Of a DNA stretch of 64,000 nt, positions 13,956-27,248 are shown one piece after another. The position numbers and the translations under genes were made by a program. Below the pieces are notes generated by a model. It did no database searches and had not been told where the DNA came from. It saw nothing but the letters and a program-made list of their open reading frames with translations. The stretch is from Mytilus trossulus (Eukaryota): the NCBI RefSeq assembly GCF_036588685.1, contig NC_086379.1, positions 55,800,001 through 55,864,000 on the forward strand, in the 5' to 3' direction. Every line of letters starts with the position of its first letter. Position 1 is the first letter of the stretch.

Positions 13956-14334
13956 TCAGAAATACTCGACAAACAACATAATCATAAATGATGCAAACAA
14001 AAGTTCTGGTAAGTGCGTTGTTTTAACCGACGAATTCGATGGGTCGTACTTGACAGTTGTCGATTTTGGTATAACAAGTGGACGTTTCGTCGTTTTTGTA
14101 TCTGGCTTTGGTGTTGTAGTAGTAGAAGTGGTAGTAGTAGTAGTTGTTGTTGTTGTTGATGTTGATGTCGTCGTTGTCGGATTCAAGAAGTGTGGTACAT
14201 CGTTTAACCAGAAGTTTACTCTGTCTTGAAAGAGATTAGAGCCGGTTGACATTTGTACCGACATTTTCAGAAATGCTTTGTCGTCTGGTAAATACTGTGG
14301 CCATGTTTGTGTCAGTTGGTCATCATTCGGGTTT
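13956..14334 (-). CDS. Carboxylesterase-like gene A, terminal exon: end of esterase domain (GNPN..WPQY..RVNFW), poly-Thr stalk, GPI-signal-like hydrophobic tail
   Basis: Acceptor ttttag at 14335-14340; gg+a joins in frame to exon 15129-16660; spliced product 636 aa. Confidence 0.9.
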
Positions 14335-14499
14335 CTAAAATGTGTAAAATAAATTTTCATTTAACTTTATTGTTACATCTAACTTTAAATCTTAAAAAGA
14401 TAATATTTTTTATAAAGTCACTATCGCATTGTTCCATTTATACATTATAAAATGTAAGCATTATCTTCGTAAATCAAAAGTAAGAGAACATTAGAAACT

Positions 14500-15020
14500 C
14501 GCAACGTCACGAGATTGATTTTCTCGCTTGAGCTGGGACGGCGAAAGCGAGAAAGGCAATTAGAGTTTAGATGACCAATGATAATCTGTTTATCGCTATT
14601 TTATCTATAACGACGTTGTCAATTTGATGTCAATTTCATTAGCAACGCCACGTGCCTCCTAAGTTTCTATCGTTAATTTTCCCCCGCAATCGAGTAGCAT
14701 GATATGAAAATCTCTCACAAAAAATATCAAAGGAAAAACGCACAAAATAGCGATAAATTATAATTATCGCTAGAAACTAAGGGCGCGTGTGCTGCTGTAA
14801 ATGAAATTTACAACGTCGTCATATATATAAAAATATATTTTATTGTCTAAATATACAATAGAATTGGATACAAGTTATAACAACTTAATAATATAATAGG
14901 TAAAATAGTGATAAATATATTATCAATGGTCATCTCAACTTGATTGCTCTTCTCACTTTCGCCGTACCGGCTCCAGCAAGATAATTATTATCGTTGAGAT
15001 GACCAACGATAATCTATTAT
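14500..15020. mobile_element. Foldback element in the gene A intron
   Basis: Long imperfect inverted repeats (gagctgggacggcgaaagcgagaa...gatgaccaatgataat vs attatcaatggtcatc...ttctcactttcgccgtaccggctc). Confidence 0.65.
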
Positions 15021-15128
15021 CATATAGTAGAAAAGTGAAAGTATTTCCATCTTGTTCCACTCAAAGCATGCGTTTGACTCATTATTTGCAGGCAGAGTTG
15101 ATCTCCATCAATAAGTAAGCATACTTAC

Positions 15129-16660
15129 CCGGTGTTGATGAAGTTGCTGTAATATTTTATAGCAGAGTCTGTAAGAGATATAAGAAAGTCTGGAAACATA
15201 TCAGGGTTAGAACTATGTAAAGATTTTGTCTGCAATAAGTACAACATTCCGTCAACATCGATAGTTCCATTCATCCATTCATTGCCTTGCATAAATGTAT
15301 TTGCTGGCGATAACTCTGACCAGAAAGAAAGATAAACTTCCTTATTTGAATGTGTTTTTAAATGTGTATTCAGTAAATCTGTTACCGGTGCATATGTAAA
15401 GAAATCTCCTATTGCTCTAAGAACATTACGACTTTGCTCTTTTTCATCGCTAGACGAGTACCAGTCGCATATCATTTTTTTAAGGTCGTCTATTTTTGTG
15501 GTTTGATAAAATGGAGAGATGATATTTGGAATGTAATGATTGCACAACACAGTCTTTGGTACCTTCTGGTTTGTTTCAAAGTTATATTGACTTTGTAATG
15601 GTGCTAATTGTTCGTAAACATTGATGAAATTTTCATATTCAGATAACGTGCTCAAAACATCTACAGGTATTAGAGATTTAAAGTCAGTTGCAGGAAGAAT
15701 AAATTCATTGTCGACAACGGGTCCAAAATTATACCAAAATGTGTCCGAATAAGTGGAAACAACACCATTCGCAATGGACCCTTTTTCTAAAATTTCACTT
15801 TCAGTTTTAGACATTAAACAATCATATATTTGCTGTGAAGTAAACACCACACTATTTTGAGACGCATCGGGGCATAACTGATTTGCCAGAGTTTGTGAGT
15901 ATTCTTCTGCTTCTTTCCATATAGCCCCATGTGTATTAGCAACCGTAGAGAAAAGCATGATTCTTTGGAAGTTTCCAAAATTTAAAGGAGTGCTTGCTTG
16001 TAAAGTGGTACATAGTCCAGTAGATTGAAAGCCTCCTAATGTTATCCGAGATGGATCACCACCAAATGCTTGTATATTGGACTTAACCCATTCTATTGCC
16101 ATTTTCTGGTCCCATAATCCAAAGTTTCCAGGAATAACAGAATCCCCAGTTGACAGGAATCCGAACACACCCAATCGAAACGCTACAACTACGTTAATCA
16201 CGTCACCGTACAAAACTAAATCTGACGTTGGTAGAAGTCCTCTCTGACCAGACTCAAATTTTTCACCGGCAAACCAAATAACTACCGATTTGCTAGAAGT
16301 TGTGTCTGACACCGGAACAAATAAGTCTAGTAAAAGACAATCTTCACTTATATCTCCACTTGGGAGAAAATCGACCATCCAGTCGGCAATAACTTGGCTG
16401 CAAATTCTTCCCCCTGTTATTGTGCCGTCTATGATACCTCCCCAAGATTTCAGTGGTTTCGGTTTTTCGAATCTCTTTGGTGGTTCAGCATACGGAATCG
16501 CGATGAAACTTTGCACGGCTATGCCATTTGTATCCATCTGTAAACCTTTAATCTGTCCGAGTTCTGTCGAAACAATCACTTCAGTTGGTAAGCTAATTTC
16601 ACCAAGGGAATACACTGGATACAGCAAAAGAGCAAATAAATTCAAGATTCGTTTATACAT
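15129..16660 (-). CDS. Carboxylesterase-like gene A, main exon: signal peptide + type-B carboxylesterase fold, predicted catalytically dead (Ser->Gln, His->Asp)
   Basis: IPYAEPP, SEDCL, FRLGVFGFLSTGD, GNFGLWDQ, FGGDP motifs; ATG directly after acceptor ttttacag; donor gg|gtaagt at 15128. Confidence 0.93.
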
Positions 16661-17429
16661 CTGTAAAATAGTTAAGTCATACTTTAAAATTTCAGAACTT
16701 CAAGAAACCAAGAGATATAAATTTCATGATATAATTATGTAGGACCAACAAGAAAACGTTTATTCTTAGAAAGCAACTTGCTTGCAATATGAATGGTGTA
16801 AATCGCAACCATGTCTGATAAACTATTTACACTCGGGGAGAAAGAAAAGAAATTGTTAAGCGTTGACTTTTAGCAGGAGAATTTTTCGCAATAGACTGAT
16901 TTCATACTGATGTTGAGTCAAACATCCAGGTATAAAAATTACTAAAGTAATCATGGAAACGCATCTAAAAAAAATAATTCGGTATCTTATTATCACATAA
17001 TTGTCATCAGGGTGCATTACTCTAGAAAAAAAACTTATTAAATCTTTATGATTTACCTTCACTTATTTCACAAAAGAATCTGGCGGGGAAATACTTCAAG
17101 TCACTATCAACGTAAACCTTTTACTCTAACAGTACCAAAATTACACCTACTTCGTTTTTTAGATAGTCATACTATTAAGTAAGTGATTTGGAATGTATTC
17201 ATCATGTATATTAAAATATGAAGATTTTGTATTCCGGGTATAGCATAGTAGGTGCCTAAATCCATGTAAACAAAACAACATAGGAACTGTACAACAACAA
17301 AAAAATCACACATGATCAAAAGCAACAATCAACAATCACTTAATTACAGGCTCCAGCATGTCTTGGGGGCAGACACACATATAATGTGGTGGGGGTAAAA
17401 CATGTTCGCTGGTCCTAATATATATATAT

Positions 17430-18216
17430 CGGCATGGGACGTTTGCGCTTTTCAATGGACATTTGCGCTTTTTTTTGTGGACACTTGCTCTTCAAAACAT
17501 AGGACATTTGCGCTTTTTAAAAATGGACATTTGCGCTTTTTACATAGGACATTTGCGCTTTTTTATATCTTTGACTTCCCAATCTTTTATCCGGGTTTAG
17601 CCAGCAGTGTTAAAGTCATTCTTTATGGTTAAAAGTTTTAAAAATCATTTCATAGCACATTGTTGATGTATGTTTAAAAGTTATGTACAGATAAAAGGAG
17701 ACATTCTAAAGAAATTAAATCAAGTACTGTCATCACAATTACATGTCAGTTTTAGCTTGATATTTGAAGCCCAATGAGTGAACAAATTTTGCTCTTCTTA
17801 TCTGTCCTGATTGGTACTTAGCCTACATCTGAAATAAATGATCGAGCTTCTCATTCTCAATTCTTGATTGGGAAGCCTGTTCATCAATGTACCAAATCTT
17901 TAATATAATTTACTGACTGTTGTTCAATAATGCTCTTCAAAAATATAAAAATGGCAGGATGAGTCATGTAAAACTGTGCATTGTAGTGAGCATGGAAGGA
18001 TTCTGGACCATTTGCTGTACGCTTACTGTATGATGGCTGTTCAGCATATACTATTCTTCTCATTAAGATTACAGGTAGTCGACTATAGGTAAAAAGCGCA
18101 AATGTCCGGTCAGTTTAATACAAGTGAATCAAAATTAAAAGCGCAAATGTCCATAGTATTTGAAGCGCAAATGTCCTATGATTTTACAGGTAAAAAAGCG
18201 CAAATGTCCTGTGCCC
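17430..18216 (-). mobile_element. Internally deleted Mutator-like (MULE) element with transposase relic
   Basis: Inverted ends with repeated GGACATTTGCGCTTT motifs; 17941-18048 minus strand reads KRTANGPESFHAHYNAQFYMTHPAIFIF (MULE RTxNxxESFH..HP motif); splits a dispersed repeat. Confidence 0.75.
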
Positions 18217-19109
18217 AATACATATAGCCCTCTCCTAACCTAGGACAGTCATTATAGCTCTGGTTAGACCAAGCGAACCTGATGCCAAATTACTGTATGT
18301 CACAAGTGTGGTTTTTTCTATGGCAACGCAATTGTGCACATTTTTATACAATGTTGTAGTGTAGCGCCTACAAGAGACTTGTTTTGGATAGATCTGATTA
18401 ATATTGGACCAATTGAGTTTAGCGCAACGCTCTATGCTATGGAAGACATATACTTGAGACTAACTCTACTATCATGTAATAGTGACAAATTTTTCATTCT
18501 TGAAAAATCAGATGCAGACAGTTTCACCCACTCATGTGTAAAGTTTATTTATAGGTTATGCAAGGAATATGACAGTCAACTTGATATTTATCACAACTGA
18601 AAAATATTAAAGACATTTTTCGATTCATCTGAACATTTACTTATCTTTTCTATTTATTCAATGATCTTTTTAATAATTCATTATTATAAATATTTATTTT
18701 TTCTTTTAATTGTTCAAATCGTTATTTAATTTTTTTTATTATTAGCACTCTGTATTATACCACATTTTTATTTATGTTCATGTATATCCATACTCTCCTT
18801 AAGGAGGATAATAAACATATATATATATATAAACTTGTCAACAGCAGCTTTTAAAAAATCAAATCTCTAAACAGGTTATCCCACACTATTTAAGCCGAAC
18901 ATTATCAACACCTTTTATCAACAAATGATATCTTCCGTGCTTATTTGACTTGTGATCCTTTTGTTTTCGTATTAGTACATTTTGATTTTGATCTTTTCGG
19001 TTGCTGTTGTGTTTTTGTTCTCACGTTTTGATTCCATTTTTATTTATGACTGACTGTCAACCATTTCCATTTGTTTAAAAGAAGGTATTATGAGGTAAAG
19101 TCGCATATA

Positions 19110-19403
19110 TCCTACAGCCGATTGCATTCAGTTTGTATGTAAAGGTAATACCTTTGGTTAGCTTGATTGCTAGCTGAACCGTGCATGATTGCTAGCTGAA
19201 CCGTGCATTCATTATTAGGTTAGATAAACTATCATCCTTCAAGAGTAGACTAGTTCGACAGAGAACCAATCTATCTGTCTGTAGGTCTAGGCTACTTCGA
19301 AACGAGCGAAGTGTACTACCTTATAATGACTTCACGGTTCAACTAGCAAGTATGCTAACCAAAGATATTACCTTTACCTACACACTGAGTGCAATCGGAT
19401 GTA
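19110..19403. mobile_element. Foldback MITE
   Basis: ~85-bp imperfect inverted arms (tacagccgattgcattcag...gaaccgtg / cacggttcaact...gcaatcggatgta). Confidence 0.65.
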
Positions 19404-21087
19404 ATTAAGTCAAGCTTTTTGATTTTCATTGATGTCTTATACAAGAATATTTAATGTATTACCTAAAAAAAAATAAGGTGTTATATATGTGAACATAAGC
19501 ATTTACTTTTGACGGAGAAAATCATATTCTATCCGTTTTATTGTTTTTTAAATGTAGACTTGTATTGTTGAAACAAAACCCGTAACAATGATTCTAATAA
19601 CGTGTTACCTCGCATAACATGTTTCATTTCTGAGCAATTTAGTTGTTCACTTTTATTTAACCCACGAAAGATGAATATCATTATTCTACAATATAATTCA
19701 TATATTCTAAATTTTCAACTATAAATTATCAATCTGCTAAAAGTAGGCACCTTGCGCTTTGTTATCGATATAATTATGTGTTAATCCGACAGTAATTGAG
19801 GGGTACAACCAATTAAATACGAAGAAAATAACCTAGACCTACCAATTATTCAAACTTCAGCCTTAATCTAAATTGACCTACAGTATCAATTCAAAACTGT
19901 TTGACCTTCAAATTTTATTGTTCGGTTGTATTTATCAATTGTGGCTGTGTAATGACACCCAATGAGGTTGAAAATCCTCCCTTCCCTTCCATAATCTCTT
20001 TTCACCAATTAGACATATTCTCAGCACAGAAAAGCACCATATGTAGATAAGTGATGTAAACATTATTACTATGACCTTTATACTTATTATTTCAAACAAA
20101 TATAATCGCTAACCTTCACTCATGGGTATTAGAATTTAAGAACTGAATGCTTCGTATTGTTATTGTATATGTTGGTGTGAAAGCGTGACTGAAGGCACAT
20201 TTAGTGCGAGAGGGTGAATAATTTTTGGGTTCAAATTTTAATACAGAAATATTTTTCGTGTATTTTTTTACTTAAATAAGGCCTTTATTTTTCTCGTTCG
20301 AATTGTCTTACAATGTCTTATCGGGGCCTTTTATAGCTGACTACGCGGTATGGGCTTTGCTTATTGTTGAAGGGCGTACGGTGACCTATAGTTGTTAATG
20401 TCTTTTATGGATAGTTTTGTGTCATAGGCAATCATACCACATCTTCTTTTTTTTTTTATATTAAATCAAATACAAGTTATTTTTAATTCCAAATACAACA
20501 TTTATAATTTGACACTTGTATAAAATATGATGGGATAGCACAAAATAAAAAAGAACCGAAATGCTTGATTGAGGACACGCATTGTGTTGTGAATCTTTGG
20601 CTTGGAAGTGTTTTCAGGAACTCTGTTTCAAGCTCTAATAAAATCGGGTTTTTGTTTACAGTATATTTCATATAGTTAGTTTTCTTAGAAACATAATCAT
20701 TGCATGCCACATTTCATCTATTTATGACCCATAAAGAGTGACAAAATAAATTATCAAATGCTTTGAATTTCAGAAAAGATCGAAAGAATTTTCAAACATA
20801 GACCTAGTTGTGAAACTGAATGTGAAAATGACTACTTCTTTCTAGAATGTAATGGAATCATGTAATTTAAATACAGTTAGTAAAATTATCACAGAGGACA
20901 CTTTTTACATTCTTTACATTCTTTACATAAAAACGTTATGATATGCTATGGCTTACTTATTTTGTAAACTCTTCAAATCCAAGCATTTGGGAATGTGTCA
21001 ACAGACATTGTTTTATGCGCTGTATTTTCCATACATTTAAACTAATTGATTGTTGTTTAAAGTCATATGAAACCAGTGATTGGTGAA

Positions 21088-24000
21088 CTAGAGGCCATAA
21101 AGAGCCTGTGTCGCTCACCTTAGTCTATGTGAATATTAAACAAAGGAAGCAGATGGATTCATGACACAATTGTATTTTGGTGATGGTGATGTGTTTGTAC
21201 ATCTTACTTTACTGAACATTCTTGCTGCTTACAATTATCTCTATCTATAAGAAACTTGGCCCAGTAGTTTCAGTGGAAAATTTTATTAAAATTTTACAAA
21301 TTTTATGAAAATTGTTAAAAATTTACTATAAAGGACAATAACTCCTTAAGGGGCCATTTCGGTCATGATGACTTATTTGTAAATCTTACTTTGCTAAACC
21401 TTATTGCTGTTTACAGTTTATCTCTATCTATAATAATATTCAAGATAATAACCAAAAATAGTAAAACTTCCTAAAAATTACCAATTCAAGGGCAGCAACC
21501 CAACAAAGGGTTGTCCGATTCATCTGAAAATTTCAGGGCAGATAGATATTGACCTGATAAACAATTTTACCCCTGTCAGATTTGCTCTTAATGCTTTGGT
21601 TTTGAGTTATAAGCCAAAAAGTGCATTTTACCCCTATGTTCTATTTTTAGCCGTGGCGGCCATCTAAGTTGTATGGCCGGGTCACCGGACACATTTTTTA
21701 AACTAGATACCCCAAAGATGATTGTGGCCAAGTTTGGATTAACTTTGGCGCAGTAGTTTCAGAGGTGATGATTTTTGTAACACATTACTAAGATTTATGA
21801 AAAATTGTTAAAAATTGACTAAAAAGGGCAATAACTCCTAAAGGGGTCAACTGACCATTTCGGTCATGTTGACTTATTTGTAAATCTTATTTTGCTGAAC
21901 ATTATTGCTGTTTACAGTTTATCTTAATCTATAATAATATTCGAGATAATGACCAAAAACAGTAAAATTTCCTTAAAATTACCAATTTAGGGGCAGCAAC
22001 CCAACAACAGATTGTCCGATTTTTCAGATGGCAGATAGATCTTGACCTGTTAAACAATTTTATCCCGTCTCAGATTTGCTCTAAATGCTTTGGTTTTTGA
22101 GTTATAAGCCCAAAACTCCATTTTACACCTATGTTATATTTTTAGCCGTGGAGGCAATCTTGGTTGGATGGCCGGGTCACTGGACATATTATTTAAACTA
22201 GATACCCCAAAGATGATTGTGGCCATGTATGGATTCATTTGGCCCAGTAGTCAAAGAGGAGAAGATTTTTGTAACAACATTGTCAAGAATCAGTCCGGTC
22301 GACATTGCGCATGCGTGAATTCAGATACCCTACATGGATACAATTGTTATATAGAAGTTGTATGGAAAATAATCTTTAACAGACGATATTCGATTTTCTT
22401 CTCAGTTCTTTTCTTCACTGTTGAGATCACCATAATCCTTAATGTGTCTTCTTTTTAATGATATAAATTATTTTAAATTAATGTTTAAACTTAATGCAAC
22501 AAATTTAGATTTTTCATAAAGGGATGTCAAATGGCTTACATTTGCCGTTATTCTTGCAGAAAATGTCATTTTTAGGAAAAGTGGTCAGTTTTGAAAAAAT
22601 AAATAAAATACTTTTACTGATGACATTCCTTACCTGTTGAGACCAAGAGAAAGATGAAAAGTTATAGTTTAAAGTGGTGTAGTTTATTTTTAAATTGGTT
22701 ATTGTCTACTTGCACCAATTTTGATTTAAAAGTAGGCGATCTTAAGTTTTTATTCTATCAATTTCTATTTGACAACAGGATACATTGTTTGTGTAAACAG
22801 ATAGCAGCTTGTTACACAATCTTATTTATACAGTCACGCTGAGAATTAATAATTCATGTGATATAGTTTAAACGACGTTTTGTATTGACTATGTTTAGGG
22901 CTGAAGGAATTACAAAACACTAAATAATATGAAATTCACGTTTTTATAATTGAAGTTAATTATAATCAAAGTTTTTGTTTGTGTCTGTTTTCACGTGCTT
23001 ATAACCGATAATAAATAAAGTATGAGGATGCAATCGTAATATAAACGCATTGTATTCAAAAGATGCACGTTCAGCTGAGTGTTTTATCAATACACAATCA
23101 CTTTTTTTTTTAAAATTAATGGGATTAAATTGCTTCTATTCATATTTGGTAATATAAAAAAAAAAGAAGTTCAGTAGTAGCTGTATGATTGCATATTATC
23201 AATGAGACAACTCCCCCAGTGACTATAGTTGCATTTTAACTGGTCCTTTTGGCTCTTTTTCGTAACAATACTTGTATAACCTTTTTAATGCTATTTTTTT
23301 CACGATTTCAATACACAATCTTAAAGGAGAACAATTATATTTCGTCGCGATTTAACAGTGCACAAATCAGCAAATAGAATGCATCTGAATTCGACTACTT
23401 GATACGGCAAGTTAAAATCAGATAACAGATATTTCATCAAAACTAAGTTTCTGTTATTAATTTCCTAAAACCAAGGATTTGTATAGTGTAACTATACAAA
23501 TCCTTGCTAAAACTAAATATACGAATAATGTGTGCCCACAATACATTAGAAAGTTAACACCTTTCAAGACACGTTTTACCATGATGATATAAAATAAAGA
23601 AACTTGTTGGTGACTTAATTAATCGAAACTAACATATATCTCTAAATACAACAGTATTCTTGTATAAATTGAAAATAAACTACTGTTTATAGAATTGCTT
23701 TGTCATTTTATTTTATCCCAAGCTCTTCAACTGAATTAAAATTCATTGAACCGAAACAATATTAAATAAAAAGTCAATTATTTCATAAAAAACCGATAAC
23801 GATTGTTAGCTTTGAACAGGTACTTGCATGACAATTAACATATCAGCTTCAGGCTATATACCTGTGGATATATGGTGGAAACGATGCTGGAAGCTTGTAC
23901 TATAGTATTTTATTGAAAACAGGAAAGGGTCAATAAATATGACATTTCCGAGATTTCATTTTCAGACATAACTTTATTTAATTTTATAATTTTAACGGGA

Positions 24001-26510
24001 TGACCTACTCTCCACCCACGAAATTCACAGGCTACTACTATATAGGGTTCTGTAAACTTTAATTGAATAATTTGGCTATCATAATGTATGAAACACTTTC
24101 TTTTCCTTCATAAATGATTTAAACAGAGCCATAGATATATGTAAACTACTTATTTATATCTCTGGTTTAACTTAGAAGTTAATACGATAATTTACAAATT
24201 AAGACGAGGTGGTATGATTGGCAATGAGAATGGAAACGAAAAATGTGTAAAAAAGATAGACAACAATCCGACCAAAGAGCAAAAAACGGCCCAAATCCAC
24301 AAATTGGTCTTAAATGCAACACAAGAATATTCCGCGTGCGCTAGTTTGCCCCTATACACAATATTGTTAACTATATTTCAGCAAAAAGAACGCCACACCA
24401 AACTCCGTAACATAAATGAACCAACGTTTAAAAAAAACAAAAAAACTGTGCACGCACGCACACACACAAGACTAACAAAGGCCAGCTGTTTCTTATTTGG
24501 GACAAGCACAAAAATGCGGTGGGTTAAACGTGCTATATACAGATCTCATGTTAAATGTCGAAACAATGAAAATAGGGGGAAACCCAATTAAACGAACTGG
24601 TATATGCTTAATTAATAACACCAAGAAAATAAATATTTCAGACAGCAAGAAACGACAACCAAATAGTTACAAGTAATTTGTTCCTGGCTTTATAAAACGG
24701 AACTAGAAACCGTGATATTCAGCGGTGTTAAAATGTTTGTGAGTGCTCAAATATATATGTGGTATGAAAGCACAACACAAGACAAAACTGTTGAAATTAG
24801 TAGAAAAGGCTTCATTGTCAGATTGGTATGAAACTTATGTACAGAATACAAAAGATCTAAAGTACCGATTTGAAGATAAATTATCCACCAGTACACATCC
24901 AAAAAAATATTTAAAAAAAACAAAGAGATGTGGTATGATTGCCAATAAGACAACTATCCTCCAAAGTTCAAATGAAGTGGACGTATTTAATTATAGGCAA
25001 CCGTACGGCCTTCAACAATGAGAAACACATACCATTTAATCGGCTATGAAAGGCCCAACATAAAAAATATAAAATTATTCAATTGAGAAGACTACATTCA
25101 TAACAAAACAATTTACGAAAAAAAATATGACCGACATTAACCAACAATACTTTATTTTACTCGAGGAATTGTGTTGTTATCCGCACTCAAAGTATACTGT
25201 TAAATTTAATAATTTTGAACTGTCGATGAATGTTTGAAATTAAATAAAATGAAAGACATTTCGAATTCTTGAGGTACCAGTTATAGATATAGGAAGATGT
25301 GGTATGAGTGCCAATGAGACAACTCTCCGTCCAAGTCACAATTTGTATAAATAAACTTTTACAGGTCAAGGTACGGTGTTCAACACGGAGCTTAGTCTCA
25401 CACCGAACAGCAAGCTATAAAGAAAAAGAAAAGAATCGTAAGACAACAGCCTTTCAGCCAATTACATGTGAAATAGTTGTACTAAAATTTCAATTACATT
25501 TCAGTCAGTTTGATGCTCAATTCATTTAAAAAAAATAATATCTATTTTTATTTATATGCATCTTACATTTACCAATTGAGATCAAACATCGTGAGACGTT
25601 TTAACTAGGACTTATAATCTTCTTTAGAAGTCCCGGGTTTCAACCTAGATCGAAGATCTCTCCGGCCTTCAATCAATTTAACAAACTGCAACAAAATACA
25701 GAAAACATGATTCGAAATTATCTTAAAGATAACATCTGGTATTGGTTTTCACTGAAATTATCTTTACAAAACAGCGGGTGTTCGACCCCTCAATTGTGCG
25801 TCTTATCGCACATGTCAAATTTTCAAGTAACCTCATGTGGAGCGAGGATGGGTTATCGTCCTTGTCGATACAATTAATTGTTATCAAATTGAGTTATCTC
25901 CCTTAAACCGGACAGATTCTTGACAATGAAATTACTAAGATTAACGAAAAATGGTTAAAAATTGACTATAAAGGGCAATAACTCCTAAAGAGGTCAACTT
26001 ACCATTTCGGACATGTTGACTTATTTGTAAATCTTACTTTGCTGAATATTATTGCTGTTTACAGTTTATCTCTATCTATAATAATATTCAAGATAATAAC
26101 CAAGAAGAGCAAAATGCCCTTAAAATTACCAAATTAGGGGCAGCAACCCAACAACAGGTGGTCCGATTCATCAGAAATTTTCAGGGCAGATAGATCATGA
26201 CCTGATAAACAATTTTATCCCGATGTCGGATTTGCTCTAAATGCTTTGGTTTTTTAGTTATAAGCCAAAAAATGCATTTTACCCTATGTTCTATTTTTAG
26301 CCATGGTGGCCATCTTGGTTGGTTTGTCACCGGACACATTTTTTAAACCAGATACAACAATGATGATTGTGGCCAAGTTTGGTTTAATTTGGGCCAGTAG
26401 TTTCAAAGGAGAAGATTTTTGTAAAAGTTAACGACGACGGACGACGACAACTGACGCCGGACGCAAAGTGATGGGAAAAGCTCACTTGGCCCTTTGGGCC
26501 AGATGAGCTA
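21088..26510 (-). mobile_element. Helentron-associated HINE with ~495-bp internal tandem monomers
   Basis: Minus-strand 5' end ttttagctcatctggcccaaagggccaagtgagc + (gtc)n; 3' end ggtgagcgacacaggctc..gcctctagtt; three monomers; inserted in an A/T run with no clear TSD. Confidence 0.8.
22278..25928. mobile_element. Non-autonomous DNA transposon, 21-bp TIR CATTGTCAAGAATC(A/T)GTCCGG, 2-bp TSD (AA)
   Basis: TIRs at 22278 and 25908-25928; removing it restores the HINE monomer gtaacaaattactaaga. Confidence 0.8.
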
Positions 26511-26988
26511 AAAATAATATTTATCCAATTCTTGAACCAATGCATGTTATCATAAAGTTAGTCCTCTGTGCACGATTTTATCATTTTTTACGCAAATATA
26601 TCGTCTAATCGTCATTTTTTTTTTTTTTTATCTCTGTCTTTTATGATTTAACAAATATGGCTGCATTGAGTAGTGTTTAACATGAACCATCAGATAATTG
26701 TTTATTTTTATAATGACCGATTCATGCGTATTGCGATCACCGGATTTTTACAAGGAGGGTTACGCTCAGGTCACTATGCATACGGAAAATATGTCGGCGA
26801 ATTGATTCCTGGAAGCAAGCAATTAAAAAAAAGTAAATTTCTTCTAAATGTGGACAAATTAAAGAACTTTCATCAGAAAAAAGCTCATGTACATAAGATG
26901 TATAATGCAAACTATCCATTTAGTTAAAAAAAAAACATATGCATATTTTTTTTTAATTTGAGGTTTGAACTTTCTTATGACTTTTTAA

Positions 26989-27248
26989 AGTCATATGAAA
27001 CCGCAAATCAAAAAAAAAAATGATGCATATGTTTTTAGAATTATTTAAAATGGATAGTTTTCATTATAAGACTAATATACATATACTTTTTTTCACATCA
27101 TAACAGAGAGACAAAAACAATTATACGATGTGTTTGCGTAAAATGACAAAAGAAATCGTGTACAGAAGACTTAGTTTATGATATATACATGCATTGGTTT
27201 AAGAATTGGATAAACGTTATTTTTCACCAGTCATTCGTTTCATATAAT
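26989..27248. mobile_element. Second, inverted copy of the TTAA MITE sharing the TTAA at 26985-26988
   Basis: Both ends match the reverse complement of the left copy's ends. Confidence 0.6.

Larger units (their letters stand above)
21061..26984. mobile_element. TTAA-flanked MITE (agtcatatgaaac end), split by a HINE insertion
   Basis: 21061-21087 continues at 26511; rejoined sequence matches the reverse complement of the adjacent copy 26989-27248. Confidence 0.65.

Noticed and set aside
13900-14229. Val-rich + strand ORF (also 41504-41854, 16290-16742, 44082-44321, 50661-50948)
   Set aside because: Antisense shadows of the esterase exons
15125-16660. Calling A, C or D acetylcholinesterase or neuroligin
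   Set aside because: No catalytic Ser (not AChE); no transmembrane segment with cytoplasmic tail or PDZ motif (not neuroligin); orthology cannot be set without a tree
18334-18600. 88-aa ORF with somewhat protein-like composition
   Set aside because: Non-ATG start, no recognisable motif or splice context; could be a retroelement relic but unsupported
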